From NCBI RefSeq assembly GCF_037042905.1, contig NC_087246.1:32488001-32552000 (forward strand): a stretch of 64,000 nt of DNA. The letters run 5' to 3'. Each line of letters begins with the position of its first letter. The stretch's first letter is position 1. The position numbers and the translations under genes were made by a program. Positions 63,651 through 64,000 of this stretch are shown here, piece by piece. This DNA is from Lytechinus pictus (lineage: Eukaryota). Below the pieces are notes generated by a model that saw nothing but the letters and a program-made list of their open reading frames with translations, made no database searches and was not told where the DNA came from.

Positions 63651-63998
63651 AAGCGTCGTGGTGTAGCGGTTCTGACACTCCCCTGGTAATCAGAGGGTCG
63701 TATGGTCGAATCCCACCGTAGCCTAGCGTCCTTTGGCAAGGCGTCAAGCCATATTTTTCCACTCTCTATCCAGGTGTTAAATGGCTATCAAGTAGGATGC
63801 GAAAGTCTATGTAGTATTTTTTAAGAAATTGGGTATTGGAACTCTTGTTGGAATGCTCCCCATGGAGTGGAGAAAATCATTCATTAATTTTAAGCGTCCG
63901 TGCCAGGATACGAAGACAGGGATAATAATTGCATTGTAAAGCGCTTAGAAGCAAAGTATATTAAGCGCTATATAAATGGAACTATATTTATTATTATT
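63651..63998 (+). mobile_element. Near full-length tRNA-derived SINE with L2-like 3' tail
   Basis: A box TGGTGTAGCGG, B-box-like GGTCGAATCCC, core CCTTTGGCAAGG..CCAGGTGTTAAATGG, tail TGTAAAGCGC..GCGCTATATAAAT..(TAT)n. Confidence 0.8.
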
Positions 63999-64000
63999 CA

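Noticed and set aside
63651-63725. tRNA gene (also 27155-27225)
   Set aside because: The cloverleaf is degenerate and is followed by SINE core and tail sequence, so these are SINE heads.

Overview
AT-rich, intron-containing, repeat-dense animal genomic DNA. The repeat repertoire resembles a sea urchin or other echinoderm; this is inference only. Genes: (1) the 5' end of a RABEP1/Rabaptin-5 homologue on the minus strand (three exons in the window); (2) two tandem single-exon TMEM79-like MAPEG-superfamily membrane protein genes; (3) a tandem array of theta-class glutathione S-transferases, comprising three complete 5-exon genes and exon 1 of a fourth. GST genes 2 and 3 lie in a recent 8-10 kb tandem duplication. 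Between and inside the genes lie three 5'-truncated L2/Crack-type LINEs, one decayed L1/Tx1 fragment, two tRNA-derived SINEs and many non-autonomous DNA transposons. These include hAT-like elements (8- and 6-bp TSDs), Harbinger-like elements (CWG TSD), TA- and TTAA-flanked MITEs, and two families of Foldback/Mutator-like elements whose arms are tandem minisatellites (8-9 bp TSDs). The most notable points are the adjacency of MAPEG and GST-theta arrays (a candidate glutathione/chemical-defence cluster), patchwork exon divergence suggesting gene conversion among the GSTs, and the modular foldback elements. All coordinates and counts were read by eye; no searches were run.
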